NCBI RefSeq assembly: GCF_037042905.1
Contig: NC_087251.1
Coordinates: forward strand, 2,668,001-2,728,000
From: Lytechinus pictus
Taxonomy: Eukaryota
Direction of reading: 5' to 3'
Length of the DNA: 60,000 bases
Below the pieces are notes generated by a model. The model did no database searches, was not told the origin of the DNA, and saw nothing but the letters and a program-made list of their open reading frames with translations. Below, in pieces: positions 1-13,610 of the stretch; position 1 is the stretch's first letter; each line of letters opens with the position of its first letter. The translations under genes and the position numbers were made by a program.

Positions 1-3000
1 CAATAACTCTGTAATGTAGCTTTTCTTTGCCTAAATTCTGAATGAATGTTAACTATGGTTTTAATCATCTCCCCTAATAAAATAAAAATCAATCTTTGAT
101 ATTTAGGCATATAAATATATTTTCTTGACTTCTCTTTGATGAGCATAATTATAAAGTTTCCTAAAATACATATACCAGTCTGCTGTACCCATGATCTTGT
201 ATAATTAAGACAACATTGCTATTAAAAAAATGTCAATCGATGTGAAAATGTGAAGAGATATGTATATTCAGGATATTAGAAGGGTCAAGTGTCATGATGC
301 TGGAGTTCGAGAATAAATGATAACGTCAACGGATTATATTGTGACGTCACGCACAGTTCATGCCTACAGAGTAATATTAGCGTGTACAAAGAGTGTTTTG
401 GAAGAACGGGGGTCGCATCATGCCAGTTTTGGGGAAGATAGAAATTATTTTACTCTGCCGATTCACTGTGATGTGATTGCCCTGGCCGATGATCGCCTCC
501 CTTTTTTTGGAATTATCATCGACCTACCCATTGGCAATTAAAGAAAAAAAGAAAAAAAGTTGAAGTGGTACTAGTTCATCATTGAAGATTCCATATAATC
601 GACTGTTGTTTGAAACTAATCATATAGGCCTACACTCTAAAAATATTGGGTTAAAATGCTCAATGAGGGTAATTATGTGTCCAACCAACATTGCGCATTT
701 CTTTTAGGCATTTTTATTTATCCAGTGTGATGAAAATTTTGCCCATCCTAAAGCAATTGCTGATTATTTTTTAACCTTACTGGACAATATGCTTCCCGCA
801 TTGGGTAAATTACTGCGCCAGATTGGTTGGTCAGATACTTACCTCGTGATGGTAAAATTTTAACCAAATATTACCCCCCCCCCCCGATGAAAACCTAAAT
901 TAGTTGTGCTGAATTGAATAGGCCAACTACTCAAATTATAAACCAAAGTTCGATCTCTATGTGTAATCATCGTAGTGGGCTTATTGCAATATTGAGTTCG
1001 TACTTTAGAGACATTTTGCTTCGGCTTTGATCGTTCCTAATCCCCATGGAATTAACCAAAATTAATATTTAGTTCCATTCCACAATTATGATCGTACGTG
1101 TATATGCCTGTATTTTCAAATAAGACAGGGTCGGTCTGCAGACACAGAGCCTGATTAGACTTGAGACAAGTCTAGCACAAATACAACCTGTTGAAATCAG
1201 GACCTGTATAGGCTGTAAATTCAGACAACTGTACTCTATCAAATTGTTTGCATCAACTAGTAATTATTATAGTCCTATTTGTCATGAATTCTCTACACGG
1301 ATAGGATACAAACGGATAAATAAAAACATTATTTTCTGCTAAATCGCGAAATAGCTCAACCAAAATAAAGTAGGCGAGCGATTTGATTTAATCATGATTT
1401 AACATGACTATTCCAGAGACTGCTTTGTTTGGAATAATATTAATTATTTTAATAACGTAATCATAGTTCTATGCGCCAGTGCATTCCTTTCAACAGGAGT
1501 TTGTCGCAATGCACACCTACACAGTAAAATGATTCATCGTTTACTTCATTGAAGTTTTGTCGTAAAACCTCCTGTGTCGTAATTTGCTCTAATTGAATGG
1601 TAATTATTAGCGAGTAATGTGTAAACACTTGTCTACTGGTTCGTAGTAAACAAACCATTAGACGTAAGGTTTCAACTTTTGAACGAGTCCAGGCCGTAGT
1701 TGGGTTCATATTGTGTATAATCTATGAGTTTTGAACTGAACTTCGTGCATCCGATATAAGAATTCTTGAATGATGAATAAAATTGAAATCTTATCTGGGT
1801 TGGAGTTAGTCCATTGAACATATTGGCAAGAGTGTCATTAGTAACTTAGTCATTAGCCCTTTTATAAGGGCATAGAATCTGACTGTAGTTCATATTCCTA
1901 TCTTGGCGCAGTAAAGAAAACGGTATAGTTGTTGAATAGCCTTTGTAGGCCTCTTTTTTTTGCAACATAGAAAGGGAACCACTTTTTTTTTCAAATCAAA
2001 ATCAAAATCATTAGAATGTTGGCTTGATGATTGTATCTTCAATCGGGTGTTTGTTAGTGGGAAATTCTGAATTTTAAAAGCAAATCGAGAGGTGGACGAA
2101 AAACCAAGTGAACTTCAAAACTATGTATGATAGATTTTACTTCTTTTTTTATGAATAAAATGGAGATCGTTCTAATATATTTCCAATGATACTATTTTAG
2201 CCGATTAGGAGTTTGTTTTATTGGTGCGACTGTGATATTGACTGCTTGCTGAAGCTAGGGGGATGTGACGCATAAGGAAAGAGGAAAAAATGTGTTTCCG
2301 TCTGATGCTAGTAGCAGCTCGAAAGTCGGCCAAACTGAAGCTGCATTTTATGTGCTCATAACACCCCCCTTACCTTCTATTTTCGTATTGTCACCTATCG
2401 CGCGCAGTATATACTGATATACATACAGTGAAAAAGATAGCGGTGAGAGGGGAGAGAGAAGGGGGGGGGGTGACTGGTAAAATAATATAGCACAACAAAC
2501 AAAACCCAGACTGAGAGAAAAGAGGGGAAAATATTTACATATTTACACGCATTTATGTTGGATGCCAATGGATACCATATACACAGGGGCCGCAGGACGT
2601 GTGTGTGTGTGGGGGGGGGGAGGGTGACCATGTGAAAAATCTAATACGTTTTTGTATTCCGGTTTCGCGGCCATCTATGAACTAGCTCCATATCAGTCTA
2701 TGCCAGTGTTTTGCCTCTAGCGCTCGGCCATTAAAAAAACAATTTTTCCAAAATCCAATACTGAGTAACACGCACGAGCGCGTGGAAAATTGGCGCGCTT
2801 TGACCTCTCTCGTTCACATTTTGGCGCGCGTACTTGTACATCATAGGCGTGGTCTAATCATAGGGCGTGGTCTGATTGTATTTACACGTGTCTGATCTGA
2901 TTTCAACCTTACCGTTCATTAGGTATAGATCTACATATATATTTTTTTACAAGAATTAGAGGAAAATATTGACTTCCGAGCATGGAAATGTGTGTTGTGT

Positions 3001-5850
3001 ATGTTTAAAGGTTAAGTTTGATCATAGCTCTATGGTTTGATAAAGAAATTTAACAAGAAAACTTTTTAGTTGAAAAAGAATAAATGTCGGATTTATATAT
3101 TTCATTAATTATTAGGTTATAATAATGATGACTCCGTATGGTCAGGGAACAGTACAGTACATACAACTGTTTTGTGAAACCGATTTATACCTCCATGGTA
3201 AGACGTTGAATCGAAACTCTAAATTGGCACATTAGAATTTCTTATTAATTCTTTCCACCCAATTATGATAAATTTAAAGCATTACACCAATGTTTTTTTC
3301 ATTTCTCTTTTCATTTAATCAACTTCTTAGTTGTAGTAGAACTTGGACCTAGCAAAATATAAAAGGGTGAGAATATTCTGCCAATATTTTGTACCTCCCA
3401 TCTAAGTTCGAGCAAGCGGAACTAAACACCCCCCCCCCCCCCCCCCCCCTGATAATCCACGTAGGCCTTTACGAGAGCGCACATGGCCGGCTACGATACA
3501 GACAGAAACCTCATTTGCTGCCTAAGCTAAGCTTTCCCTCCGTTTTAGTCACGTGATGATATACACCTCCCGCAATTACCTCGCCTTCACAAAAACAACT
3601 ATAATATACAGAGATACAAAAGGAACTCTCCCGGCTCGCTATACCATACTACCCCGATAGGGACTGAAGAAAGGAAGAACAAAAATCAATACCTTGAGAT
3701 TACCTTTTGTTGTAAGGGGGTAAAGTACAACTTCTTTTCACTGGCTCTCCCATTCTCTTCTATTCTTACGCTCTTTAATGGAGATTTAAATTGCCTAGCG
3801 CTGATCCACATGGCCATTTCATGTTCGACTGACTGGTCACCTATACTTGTGAAACGTAGTTTATTTGGGTTCTCCCTGTACATTACCGTTATTAATAAAA
3901 AAAACATACAGGCCTACATATCTTAAAGACGATGTACTTGAATTTCTGTATTTCGCATACTCTCATTCATTCTCTATTACTTCCTTACTCCGAAGAAATG
4001 AGATCATAATATTGCAAATCATATCATATTCTCAAATTGACACAGGTCTGGATTACGTATTTCACAAAAGATATTATCAGCCAGCGCCAGTGTGCAACTT
4101 AAAACCACACGATAAAACTCGCACTTGTAGTGTTTTGTACTTCGATATATATACATGTATCATAAACACAACCAACAGTCAACTCAGTGATCTGATACTC
4201 CAGCAGGTCATATTTAGTACACAATTATTTGTAACTTCAAAATTAACGAAATCCACTCGCACTATCACTTCAATTTACACGTATTATGTAGATACACACA
4301 CACACTCACACTCCATTTCCTTCCCATCTTCTTCTTTTTTTGGGGGGGGGGGGGTCGTCCCTTTTAAATGTTGATGATTGGAACAATTTGTTGTGATCTA
4401 AATTAAACGAAAGAAAATAAACGAACGTAATATTTATTTTTATAGGATTTTCTTCAGTTTTATTAATAAAATTAAATAATACATTAACAACTCTTGCAAA
4501 CTCAAACATTTCTCCAACGACCAGTTCTCAAATGCATGAAGCACTGGACGAAGTGACATGAGTAAACATTAGGATTGAGAAATTTAATGGAACAATTTGA
4601 AATAGGAATTTCTTTGAATGAATTACTTAAGACGGAAGGCAAGGCACTTATGTTTTCTTAAAAGATACAAACAAATCTTGATGATAGAGTGATTAAGCAT
4701 TGAGGTGTGAAAAATACTTTGTTGCACGTTTTTTCCCACTATTTCTCCTCAATGGAGGCTGCAAACTGTTTGTGAAACGTTGTTGTTCAACTTTTTGAGT
4801 TGTCAAAACTTATGAGAAGGGCGAGCCCAACATTTTACAATAAATTACAATATCTATACTGTACAAGAAAATAGAATTAAATGGCACAGCCAATATAAAC
4901 AAGCACGATTTTTCTCATGTTAAATAACCAAACGGCTCCTAGCTCAAACATCCACACAAAATGAACAAAGCTAAATATTAACTTTGCCTTCACGCGATAT
5001 TCTAATTACTGACGGTTTGTTAAAGATTTAACTAGAGAAAGAAAAATAAAATCCATTTATCGAGTCATTCTTACGACCTTGAGGCACTTGGTTTCAAGTT
5101 TTTTTCTTTTCAATTTCTCACAAAAACGGCCAATTAGCACCATTTCAAACAAAAATATAGAAATGAGCTAGAAAATGAGCTCGGTGTTTCATGGAAGACA
5201 TTTGTGCTTTCAATCTATCAAAATGGAAGATTAATTACATCACATGGTTTTACTCATATTGCATAGATTAGGCAAACCAGAGAAAATGACAAAAATATGT
5301 GTCAAACATTGTCTTTCGTTTGAACATAATCAAACAATTGTAGATATCCAATCATTATCAAATGAGAATAGTTTATATCATAAAAACAGTATTGAACATT
5401 GAACAATTAATATTTCTTGGAAAAAAAGAAATCCTATTGATTTTGGTTCATGGGCAGATTACTATGCTTGCAATAACTCCAAGACGAATACAACAAATTG
5501 AAAAATTCATATAACTTGACTAAAAAGCTTACACCAGGAGTTATGAGCAAGAGCCTGGCCCAGAAGTCTAACCCAAACACCAACAGACATACTGTAATTG
5601 ATTCATGCTTTGACTTCCTGAAACCCAAGAGTGCGGGGAGATAAAAAGAGAGAATGAACGCATGGACAGTATAAACCCAGTTACATGGTAAGGCTACAGT
5701 TCAAAATTGCTAAGTTTTATAAGGCAAGTTAGCATATATGCATAACAGCAGAGTGCATTTCAATCAGCACTAAAAATAACAACCTTTAAGTAGATTTCAA
5801 TGGAGATCTTTTTTTTCTGTACAGTGTCAGTTACCAAGAGTCTTAATGTG

Positions 5851-6812
5851 ATAAATAATTAATTGTAACTAGATATCAATGAGTTCATTTTACAGGGATT
5901 ATTCCAGATTGAATAGTGACAATATGAAACCTACGAGGCAGTGTTAAATAAATCAATTACATAAGAGTCTATGCACAACAAGTACTATATTCACAAATAT
6001 ATTAATACTATCATAAAGCTGATAGTTTAATAATGAAACTTTGACAATAAATAAGATAAAGGGCTGCATTTCGTTATTAAACAAGTCTCTTGCACTGTTT
6101 TTTTCCTTGTTAAGTTAGGTGGTTTGACAATAAATTACTAAATACAGGTCTATATAAGGTAAAACTACAACCCCGTTTAACTTTAGTACAGGTGACCACA
6201 CTGTACACAAGCTAAATAGGTATATTGGCACAGAAAAACATGACACAAATGGATATATGAAGCTGCTGGTTCTGACCAGTACCTCCAGCAGGGCATTAAC
6301 CAGTGCTGACACTAAGTACTAATCCACGCAAATGGCTACAAAGAAAAAAACATTCAATTCATTGTTAAATCAGAATGAAGCACATTGATAAGTTAGATGC
6401 TTGAATGATATAAACATATACTAATCAATCTTTAAAATAACCTGATAAATAAGAAATTCTTTTCAACATGATGATAAATTCATCCAAACAGACTGCACTT
6501 TTGTTTAATCAATTTGAAAATAAATATTACAAGATAACTTAAATACATATGTAGTGTTCACTATTTGCTGTAGTCACAAAACAGGCTGGAATAAATGATA
6601 CACAGACAAACATATATTAAACATAAATTGATTTTTTTTATATAAAGGAATTGCCACACAAACATAAGACTATAAATAGTCATGTTGAACACAAAGAGTA
6701 TATAACCTGGCAGATAAAATACTGCACAGAAGAAAATAATAAAAAAGAATAAGCACAAGATCCCTCTGAGCGAAATTGCCAGGAATGGACCAAATAGTCG
6801 ATATATAAATAA
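5851..6812 (-). promoter_or_regulatory. AU-rich element cluster in the TIS11 3' UTR
   Basis: mRNA-sense UUAUUUAUU at 6046-6054; UUAUUUAU at 6805-6812, 6445-6452 and 5851-5858; UAUUUAUU at 6519-6526; AUUUAUUUA at 5945-5953. The UTR end is uncertain (candidate AAUAAA at 4459-4464, 4433-4438 or 3860-3865). Confidence 0.6.
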
Positions 6813-7051
6813 TTCTAGAAACTTTAGATGCATCCATTAGAATCTACATGTACATCAATAAAATATTTGAACAGCTTTTTTTTTCACAAAATGAGGTTTT
6901 CATAATATATAATTAGGAGATCATACAAAATGTTTGCCTGTCCACGGAAGAACAAAAACAAATGATGTCCATGATAAATTAATGAGAGATCTAGACTTCA
7001 TTTGAGTGATTTTTTAACAAGGTTATCTCCTTGTCTGGGTTGAAAAGAATT

Positions 7052-8143
7052 TTAGAAACGTTGGTCTTCTTGGGAAATGCCTCTGAATATGGGTAAGCGT
7101 CCAAGCCTAGCCCCCACCGGACTAGCTGTAGGAGATGTTGAGGTCATGTTAGTGTCTGCTAAAGATTCAGGATCAGACAAGGATTCAGGTGGTGATGGTG
7201 GTCTGAAGTTGTTGGTTACAACATGCTCATCTACTGGGAAGAACACACTATTACTTCCTTGTTTACTGGCTAGACGTAGCACTGCGAGTTGCTCCAAATC
7301 ATCATTGATTGGTTGAAGTGGGATGAAAGGGGAAGATGGAGCAGCAGTGAATGCATTTTGCAGACTGGTAGGAGATAATGCAGAAGGAGAAAGAAGTGGT
7401 CCTACATCGTGCTGCATCTGACTCAGAGTCATAGCATTGTTGGTAAGCGTGGCAAGTAACTCATCTTGACTAAGAAGATCTATTGCTGGTGGTGGGGTGA
7501 GAGGAAGAGGGCTTTCACACATGGACATGGGTGGTGGTGTCAGATCACCACCCGCTGAACCAAGGGGTGCACTGGGGAAGTGCAGGAGCTTGGGCCTCTC
7601 GATTGTACGCTCGCGGCTAGATTTGCTTGATGGACCAGGCGATGATAATTTCCTCTCATCAGGATTGTGGATGAAATGACACCTAGGTCCATACGGGCAG
7701 AATCCAACAGTGTGGAAGGTGCGGCATAACTCTGTCTTGTACTTGGGATGTCGGGACAAGACTCGAAGTTCATGGATACCATGAGCAAATTGGCATTTGT
7801 CCCCGTATTTACAGGTGCCATTCTCTTCATAAGGCCTGCATAACTCCGTTTTATACCGACTCGAGTTCTGATTGCGGGTTTGGTTATTGCGATCGCTCTC
7901 ACTCAGAGCCCGGTCCCTTGGTTTGTTGTTGAGATTTTCCTTGTTGTATACCGCTTCCAACTGTTGTGTGAACAAGGAATTCCCATTGAGGTGGTTGGTG
8001 CTTATTGGACTTGTTGACCCAGTGGTTGCACTCGTGGAATGCCTTCGAAGAAGATGTGCTCCATTTGATCCATTTATAGGAGTTCCTACGGCCCGAGTGT
8101 CCCCTCTCAGCTGCGTTTTGGCATGTATCAATGACGACACATT
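7052..8143 (-). CDS. ZFP36L1: TIS11/ZFP36L-family tandem CCCH zinc-finger mRNA decay activator, exon 2 (main coding exon)
   Basis: Two CX8CX5CX3H fingers with RYKTELC and KYKTELC lead-ins. C-terminal GRLPIFRGIS matches the CNOT1-binding motif. Polypyrimidine tract plus CAG acceptor at 8144-8160 gives a phase-0 start AAT GTG (N-V), so the ORF-track GTG start is not the real start. Confidence 0.96.
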   Translation of the reverse strand, partial: NVSSLIHAKTQLRGDTRAVGTPINGSNGAHLLRRHSTSATTGSTSPISTNHLNGNSLFTQQLEAVYNKENLNNKPRDRALSESDRNNQTRNQNSSRYKTELCRPYEENGTCKYGDKCQFAHGIHELRVLSRHPKYKTELCRTFHTVGFCPYGPRCHFIHNPDERKLSSPGPSSKSSRERTIERPKLLHFPSAPLGSAGGDLTPPPMSMCESPLPLTPPPAIDLLSQDELLATLTNNAMTLSQMQHDVGPLLSPSALSPTSLQNAFTAAPSSPFIPLQPINDDLEQLAVLRLASKQGSNSVFFPVDEHVVTNNFRPPSPPESLSDPESLADTNMTSTSPTASPVGARLGRLPIFRGISQEDQRF

Positions 8144-8814
8144 CTGAAAACAGAAAAAAAAGACAAGACAAGATTAACAACAAGAACAAAGATGAAATTC
8201 ATAAGACCCTAGACTTGTTCAATAAAAACCTTGTGAACTCAATTGATTGCATTCAACATAGACGTCTATACTACTATAGATCTGGGCGTTGGGCCAGAGA
8301 CTGACAAGACTGAACCGAGTTTAATCATGATTGTGGTAAAATTGTACTAATCTAGCGTTTAAGTTAAAGAAATGCATAGGCTATGCGTCCAACAACAGTC
8401 TAGCCTTCGAACCAACTTTACTCTTTAGCCTAGGCTTAGTAGGCCTATACTAAGTATAATTATAATCTAACGTAAGACAAAAAATCTAAAATCCAAGTTT
8501 GAGCCAACTTCTTAAGACTAAGAAAAGTAAAACACAATATATAGGATATTGCTGACGTCGCAGGTACGAAACTCAATAGTGATCATAATGTAAACCAGGC
8601 TTCACAATTACAAGCATGTTACAAGATGAGGGGGAAAATGGCTTCACTGAGCCGAGCTGCACATAGCCACATTCAACAAGTGTGCAGCGCAGACATTCCA
8701 ACACACTGTGTAGCGTGGTGAAATTCACGCGAAATATTTATGCAGTGGCTAAGCCTAAGTTATTTGAAATCTACTGATATCTAATGAAAGCTACGAGGCA
8801 TTCTACAAAATTAC
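8144..8814 (-). other. Single phase-0 GT-AG intron of the TIS11/ZFP36L gene (671 bp)
   Basis: GTAA donor at 8814-8811 and TTTTCTGTTTTCAG acceptor ending at 8144. Same single early intron as vertebrate ZFP36-family genes. Confidence 0.9.
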
Positions 8815-8874
8815 CTTATGACTAAACAGCATATCTCCAACATCGTAAAAGGCTGATACCATTGCGGTGGACAT
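8815..8874 (-). CDS. ZFP36L1: TIS11/ZFP36L exon 1 coding part (MSTAMVSAFYDVGDMLFSHK)
   Basis: ATG at 8874, 20 codons ending AAG|GTAA donor at 8814. Resembles the conserved ZFP36L1/L2 N-terminus (MSTTLLSAFYD...). Joins exon 2 in frame, total 383 aa. Confidence 0.92.
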
Positions 8875-8949
8875 TTTTCAGGAGAAGATGCGAAGAAGCT
8901 AGAAAAACTTGGTTACACTAACTTCCCAGCGCTGTCGAACTCCTATTTC

Positions 8950-9500
8950 TACCTCTCCCCCAACTCGTGATATGCTGAAGTTCATAAAAAAAAACTGGTT
9001 GCGGTTTTTGCCAGCGAGATCAAGGGAAAACGCGTGCAGGGCTAGGGAGCTGGAGCAAGCTGAACGGGAGTCATTGAAAAAAGGCAGAAAAGAATAATAG
9101 TGGGCGGGGCTTACTGAGCACTCGCATTGTGGGCGTGTTTCACAATAAATTTTCGCAACTCACCCACAGCTTTGACAAAGTTAACATTCTGAAATGAAAT
9201 AAACCACACTGAAATGAAGTTCGCACTGTTCGTTTACTCTTTTTGAATGATTCAGTCGCATAGAGTATATATATTTTATTAAAAGAGTTGTAAAAAAATG
9301 AGCATTCTACATTGCCTTCTCAACAGTCACAATATTGCAGATAAACGGGCAGACAAAATTACTTCACACGTGGGCTGGGCTTCAACAGGTAGTCATGAAT
9401 ATTAATTTAAAATGTCCAATCAGCTACTTTGGTGCTACCAAATAAGAAGCATGACGTGTTTTCAGAATTTGTGATTGGTTTAGCAGTCGAGTGTACTAAG
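8950..9500 (-). promoter_or_regulatory. Probable proximal promoter of TIS11/ZFP36L
   Basis: Immediately upstream of exon 1. GC box GGGCGGGGC near 9102, CCAAT (plus-strand ATTGG near 9474), CRE-like TGACGT near 9452. Confidence 0.5.
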
Positions 9501-12500
9501 GGCATGCAGTGTATGGAGCTAGCAATGTGGCACAGTCGAAAGGGGAAAACTGCAGAAAAAAAGAAAGGAAAACATAAGTCGAGTCAGCGGCTTGTGCGAG
9601 TGACTTTTTTAAAGGGCGTAATCAAGCAAAGGTAAAGCCAGGGGATACGTCTCTGGGCGCCGGGCAGGCACAGTACACAATCTGATTCATGCTATCAAAC
9701 TTCGATATGTTAAACATTTGTCAGCATAATTATTCTTACGGTAATTTTTTCCTCACCAGTATATGGTATCATAACATTTTCAGACATTTTGGAAACATTG
9801 TTTTTATGTAGAATAAAACAGATGCATTGATGAGTAAAGAGGCTAGATCTATAGATCTGCGTAAATTCCTCTAAAGAAGTGGATATCAAAAAGAGGAGGG
9901 GGTTTAAAAAGATGCCTGTACACGTGGAACACATTTCTTAATGCAATTCTATCGTTTCGTAGATACTTTATTTTTAACTGATAGGCGATTTTTATTATAG
10001 GCTTAAACAACATCTCTTCTGTTCCTTGTTAACTTCTTTCCATTATCAACGTATTGTTATCTTACAGGCCTCATCCTTATCAAAGTAGAATAATAAGGGA
10101 CACGCATGTTGTCCAATGAAATAATCACATATAAAGCATAACTCATTGGAATTTTGTATTGGCAGTAAACATTGCTGCATAGGCAAAAGTTTTATGCACA
10201 GCCAAGAACGCGAAGCCAGGCAGGTGGTTTATCGTGATTCATTCGTGTAGTAGGACGAGATACAGTAAACAGACTACGTAATGCCATGCATGTAGCTGTT
10301 GGGAACCTGAACAACAAGACACAATGTGAGGGCGACATTTCGATTAGAGTCACGGATCAATTGTCTTTGAGAGAGTATACAGGCTTCTACAGTATTGCCT
10401 TGGATTGATCTCCTTATCCTAACAAAATGGGTAAAGAAAAAATGATGGCAATCCTCATTACTTTTTTTAAAAGAAATTGGAGGTCGGAGTATAGACTTGC
10501 CAAGTTCATTAAAAGTATTTTTTCACAAAATTTCTGATAAGTTATTTTGTACGTTTTTACTCCAGTGTTATTTATGTCTGTACGTAATAATAGTGGGTAG
10601 TGTGGCTATATGTTGTCTGTACTATAGGCTGTATACTTCAACATTTTAACTGATATCTTCACATTTTTGTTTCACTGTACATTATTTCTTGTATTGGTCG
10701 ATTTTTTTAAGTTCTACGTACCCTAAACAGTGCAAAGTTCAAAGTACCCTCGATATGTTAAACCACAGAAACCGCAAATATAAATCCGTGGTGAAATTAA
10801 CATACAGTATGTGGCGAAATCAACAACCAGCGTGCGTCTAAAGAATGCGCACATTCCGCGACCCATGTGTACTCTCGTTCTGAAACCTCCAGTGGTATAT
10901 CGGAATGAACGCGGCATGTATTTAAAAAAAAAAACACGTGGGTGCTTTCTGTTTGTGATTAAAACACAAACAAAGCTGCAAAGGGATCGCCGCTTTGCAA
11001 CAATTGATTAAAAAAAATTAAAAAGTCACATCCTATAGCGCTAAATGGAATAAAAAAAAAATATCCGGCAACGAAGTTGTGACATTTCATATTGTAAAAA
11101 GGCGCAGTGCTGAACGGGGCTGAAACGGACTTCGAATGAAACAAATTCCAGGCTTTGCACGATACGAGTATGCAGACATTTTCTATCTTCTTGCAGGGCC
11201 ACTTGTATGTGCATATCCCATGCAGGTAGATGTTGCTCATTTTAACTCCACAATTATCCAAACCAATCTGATGTTTGATACGGTACTATTAATTTTCAAT
11301 TCATTTTGATCTGAATTGCATCGATATCTTCATCATTTCCAACTTTCTTATTTTCCGTTGCAATACTGAACACGAATTGTAAACCATCTGGTCGGGGAAA
11401 CTTCCCGTTTCCCCGACATAGCAATAATTAATTTAGGCCTTAAACGTTATGATCGACATGCAGTTACTTTGATACAAAGGCATCATTCGTCTCATAATCA
11501 TGAAAATAGGCCAACTATTTTTTAATTAGCTTCAGTGCGATAGTGAAAGCCAAAGTTATAGCTTCTTCATAACATTTTTTTGAACAAAATTAATTTCAGA
11601 CTATAATGAGAAAAGTTTTCCAAAGAGAATCCCCCGAGTCTCCTTGTTTCCGCCGAGAACAATGTGTTCTGTTTTTTCATACATATATAATTGATTGGTC
11701 AACATTCATCGTGCCTGGTATACTGAGATAAGCAGATAGATCCCGTGAACTCCACCGGGAGATCTCCTGTTCAGACTCTTATCTCTCCATTTCACACGCA
11801 GATTTTGAGCGAGAAATGAAATGGACAAGAGATGGTTTGCGCGGGAAAACAGTCGTTTATTGGGATTCGATGCATAAGGTTGCTACTCTGGGAGAAAGTG
11901 GGTATTATTGTTTATACGATCTCAATCATACGTCGCAACGAATAGAGCTGTTGTAGATCAAAAGGCTGGAAAAGAACTTATCGGAATTTATTGGACGAGT
12001 GACGGAACGCTCGCTTGCCCCGTGACCGTCCCATGCTGGTATCGAGAGGATATGGCCCGCGACGTTGGTCGAAAGGGACAGCCGAGTGGAATATTGTTTA
12101 CTCAACCAGCTGCGATCGTCGAGGCACGTGCATGGCGGGAAATTTCATTTTAAGGCGCGCGCTTCGGGGCGCTTCTATACTCAACCTATGTATATTGGTT
12201 TTAACTGCCGAAGTCAGAAAACCTCGTTTTCTGTAAATCTCATCTTTATGTCTTTCCGAATCAATACATAAGTATTTCGCAATTAACATTTTGAATTTGT
12301 ACATAAAAGTGTAATTCTGCTTTCTATTACAGTAGGCCTAATATACGTTTAGAAGCTGTTAAATCCGTCCCATATTATTATTTTTTGTTTAATGTTACGC
12401 AATATAATTTTTTTTATGTATGCACCAAGAAATGTGGATTCACAATATTTTGAACCATTCTATGCGCTGGTATAAGGCCTACAATAGAGGGTGATAAGGC

Positions 12501-12995
12501 GCCCCGGGTAAGGATCATTATAATGTTTATGCACCTTAACACGGGTACAGTCTGAAGGAACATTTTCAGGTGAAAACGACAACCAAAAAATTGTGCCTTT
12601 TAACCGTTTTACTAAAGGTTAGAAGATAAGGCCCAAAGGAAGGTGGATCCAGTATCATTTAGGATGCAAACTTAAATCTTAGTGTGTGAATACAAAATGG
12701 ACAATAAGTACTACAGTTCCGCGTGGTTTCACAATTTCATAAATTATAACCTTTGTTTCTCACCCTTTCAACCTGCCTTCTCTCGTCTCCTTATGTCATT
12801 CATGATCTAATTTCATTTCCGCACTGGTTTTGTTTACAGCATTCCAATGGTTTTTTTTTTTTTTTTTTCATTCCACGACATCGACCATTATTTTAACTTC
12901 TGCCGCTGTTAAACCCTTGGTAAATTAGGTGCACCAATCAACGCAGAGTGCCCACGGGAATGTTTCAACCAGATATGGCCCTTTTTGGAGTATAC

Positions 12996-13610
12996 TTAAA
13001 GGACAAGTCCACCCCAACAAAAAATTGATTTGAATAAAAAGAGAAAAATCCAACAAGCGTAACACTGAAAATTTCATCAAAATCGGATGTAAAACAAGAA
13101 AGTTATGACATTTTAAAGTTTCGCTTATTTTCACAAAACAGTTATATGCACATCCTGGTTTGTATACAAATGAGGTGAGTGATGACGTCATCCACTCACT
13201 ATTTCTTTTGTATTTTATTATATGAAATATGAAATATTCTAATTTTCTTCTCATTGTCAAGTGAAACAGTGATTAATTCTTCTCTGAACATGTGGAGTTA
13301 GCAATGTTTAATACTATATGATTCAGTCAAATCGGTCCCTATGCATGGTCAAATCTGTAAAAAATGAAATATTGTATAATTCAAGCAATAAAAAACAAAA
13401 GAAATAGTGAGTGATGGACATCATCGACTGACTCATTTGCATGTCACTGAGTTGTGCATATCACTGTTTTGTGAAAAATGAGCGAAACTTTAAAATGTCA
13501 TAACTTCCTTATTTTTCATCCGATTTTGATGAAATTTTCAGTGTTATACTAGTTTGATTTTTCTCTATTTATTCAAATCAACATTTTGCTGGGGTGGACT
13601 TGACCTTTAA
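12996..13610. mobile_element. Kolobok-like MITE family A (TTAA|AGG...CCT|TTAA)
   Basis: TTAA flanks, TIR AGGACAAGTCCACCCCA / TGGGGTGGACTTGACCT, long imperfect internal palindrome. Related to copies at 21179 and 45089. Confidence 0.85.

Noticed and set aside
3865..4374. 169-aa plus-strand ORF
   Set aside because: TTG start, no recognisable domain, runs through CA and G tracts, and is probably antisense to or beyond the TIS11 3' UTR.
7077..8189. Short ORFs overlapping TIS11 (7077, 7497, 7540, 7872, 7899)
   Set aside because: Antisense or alternate-frame shadows of the real CDS.
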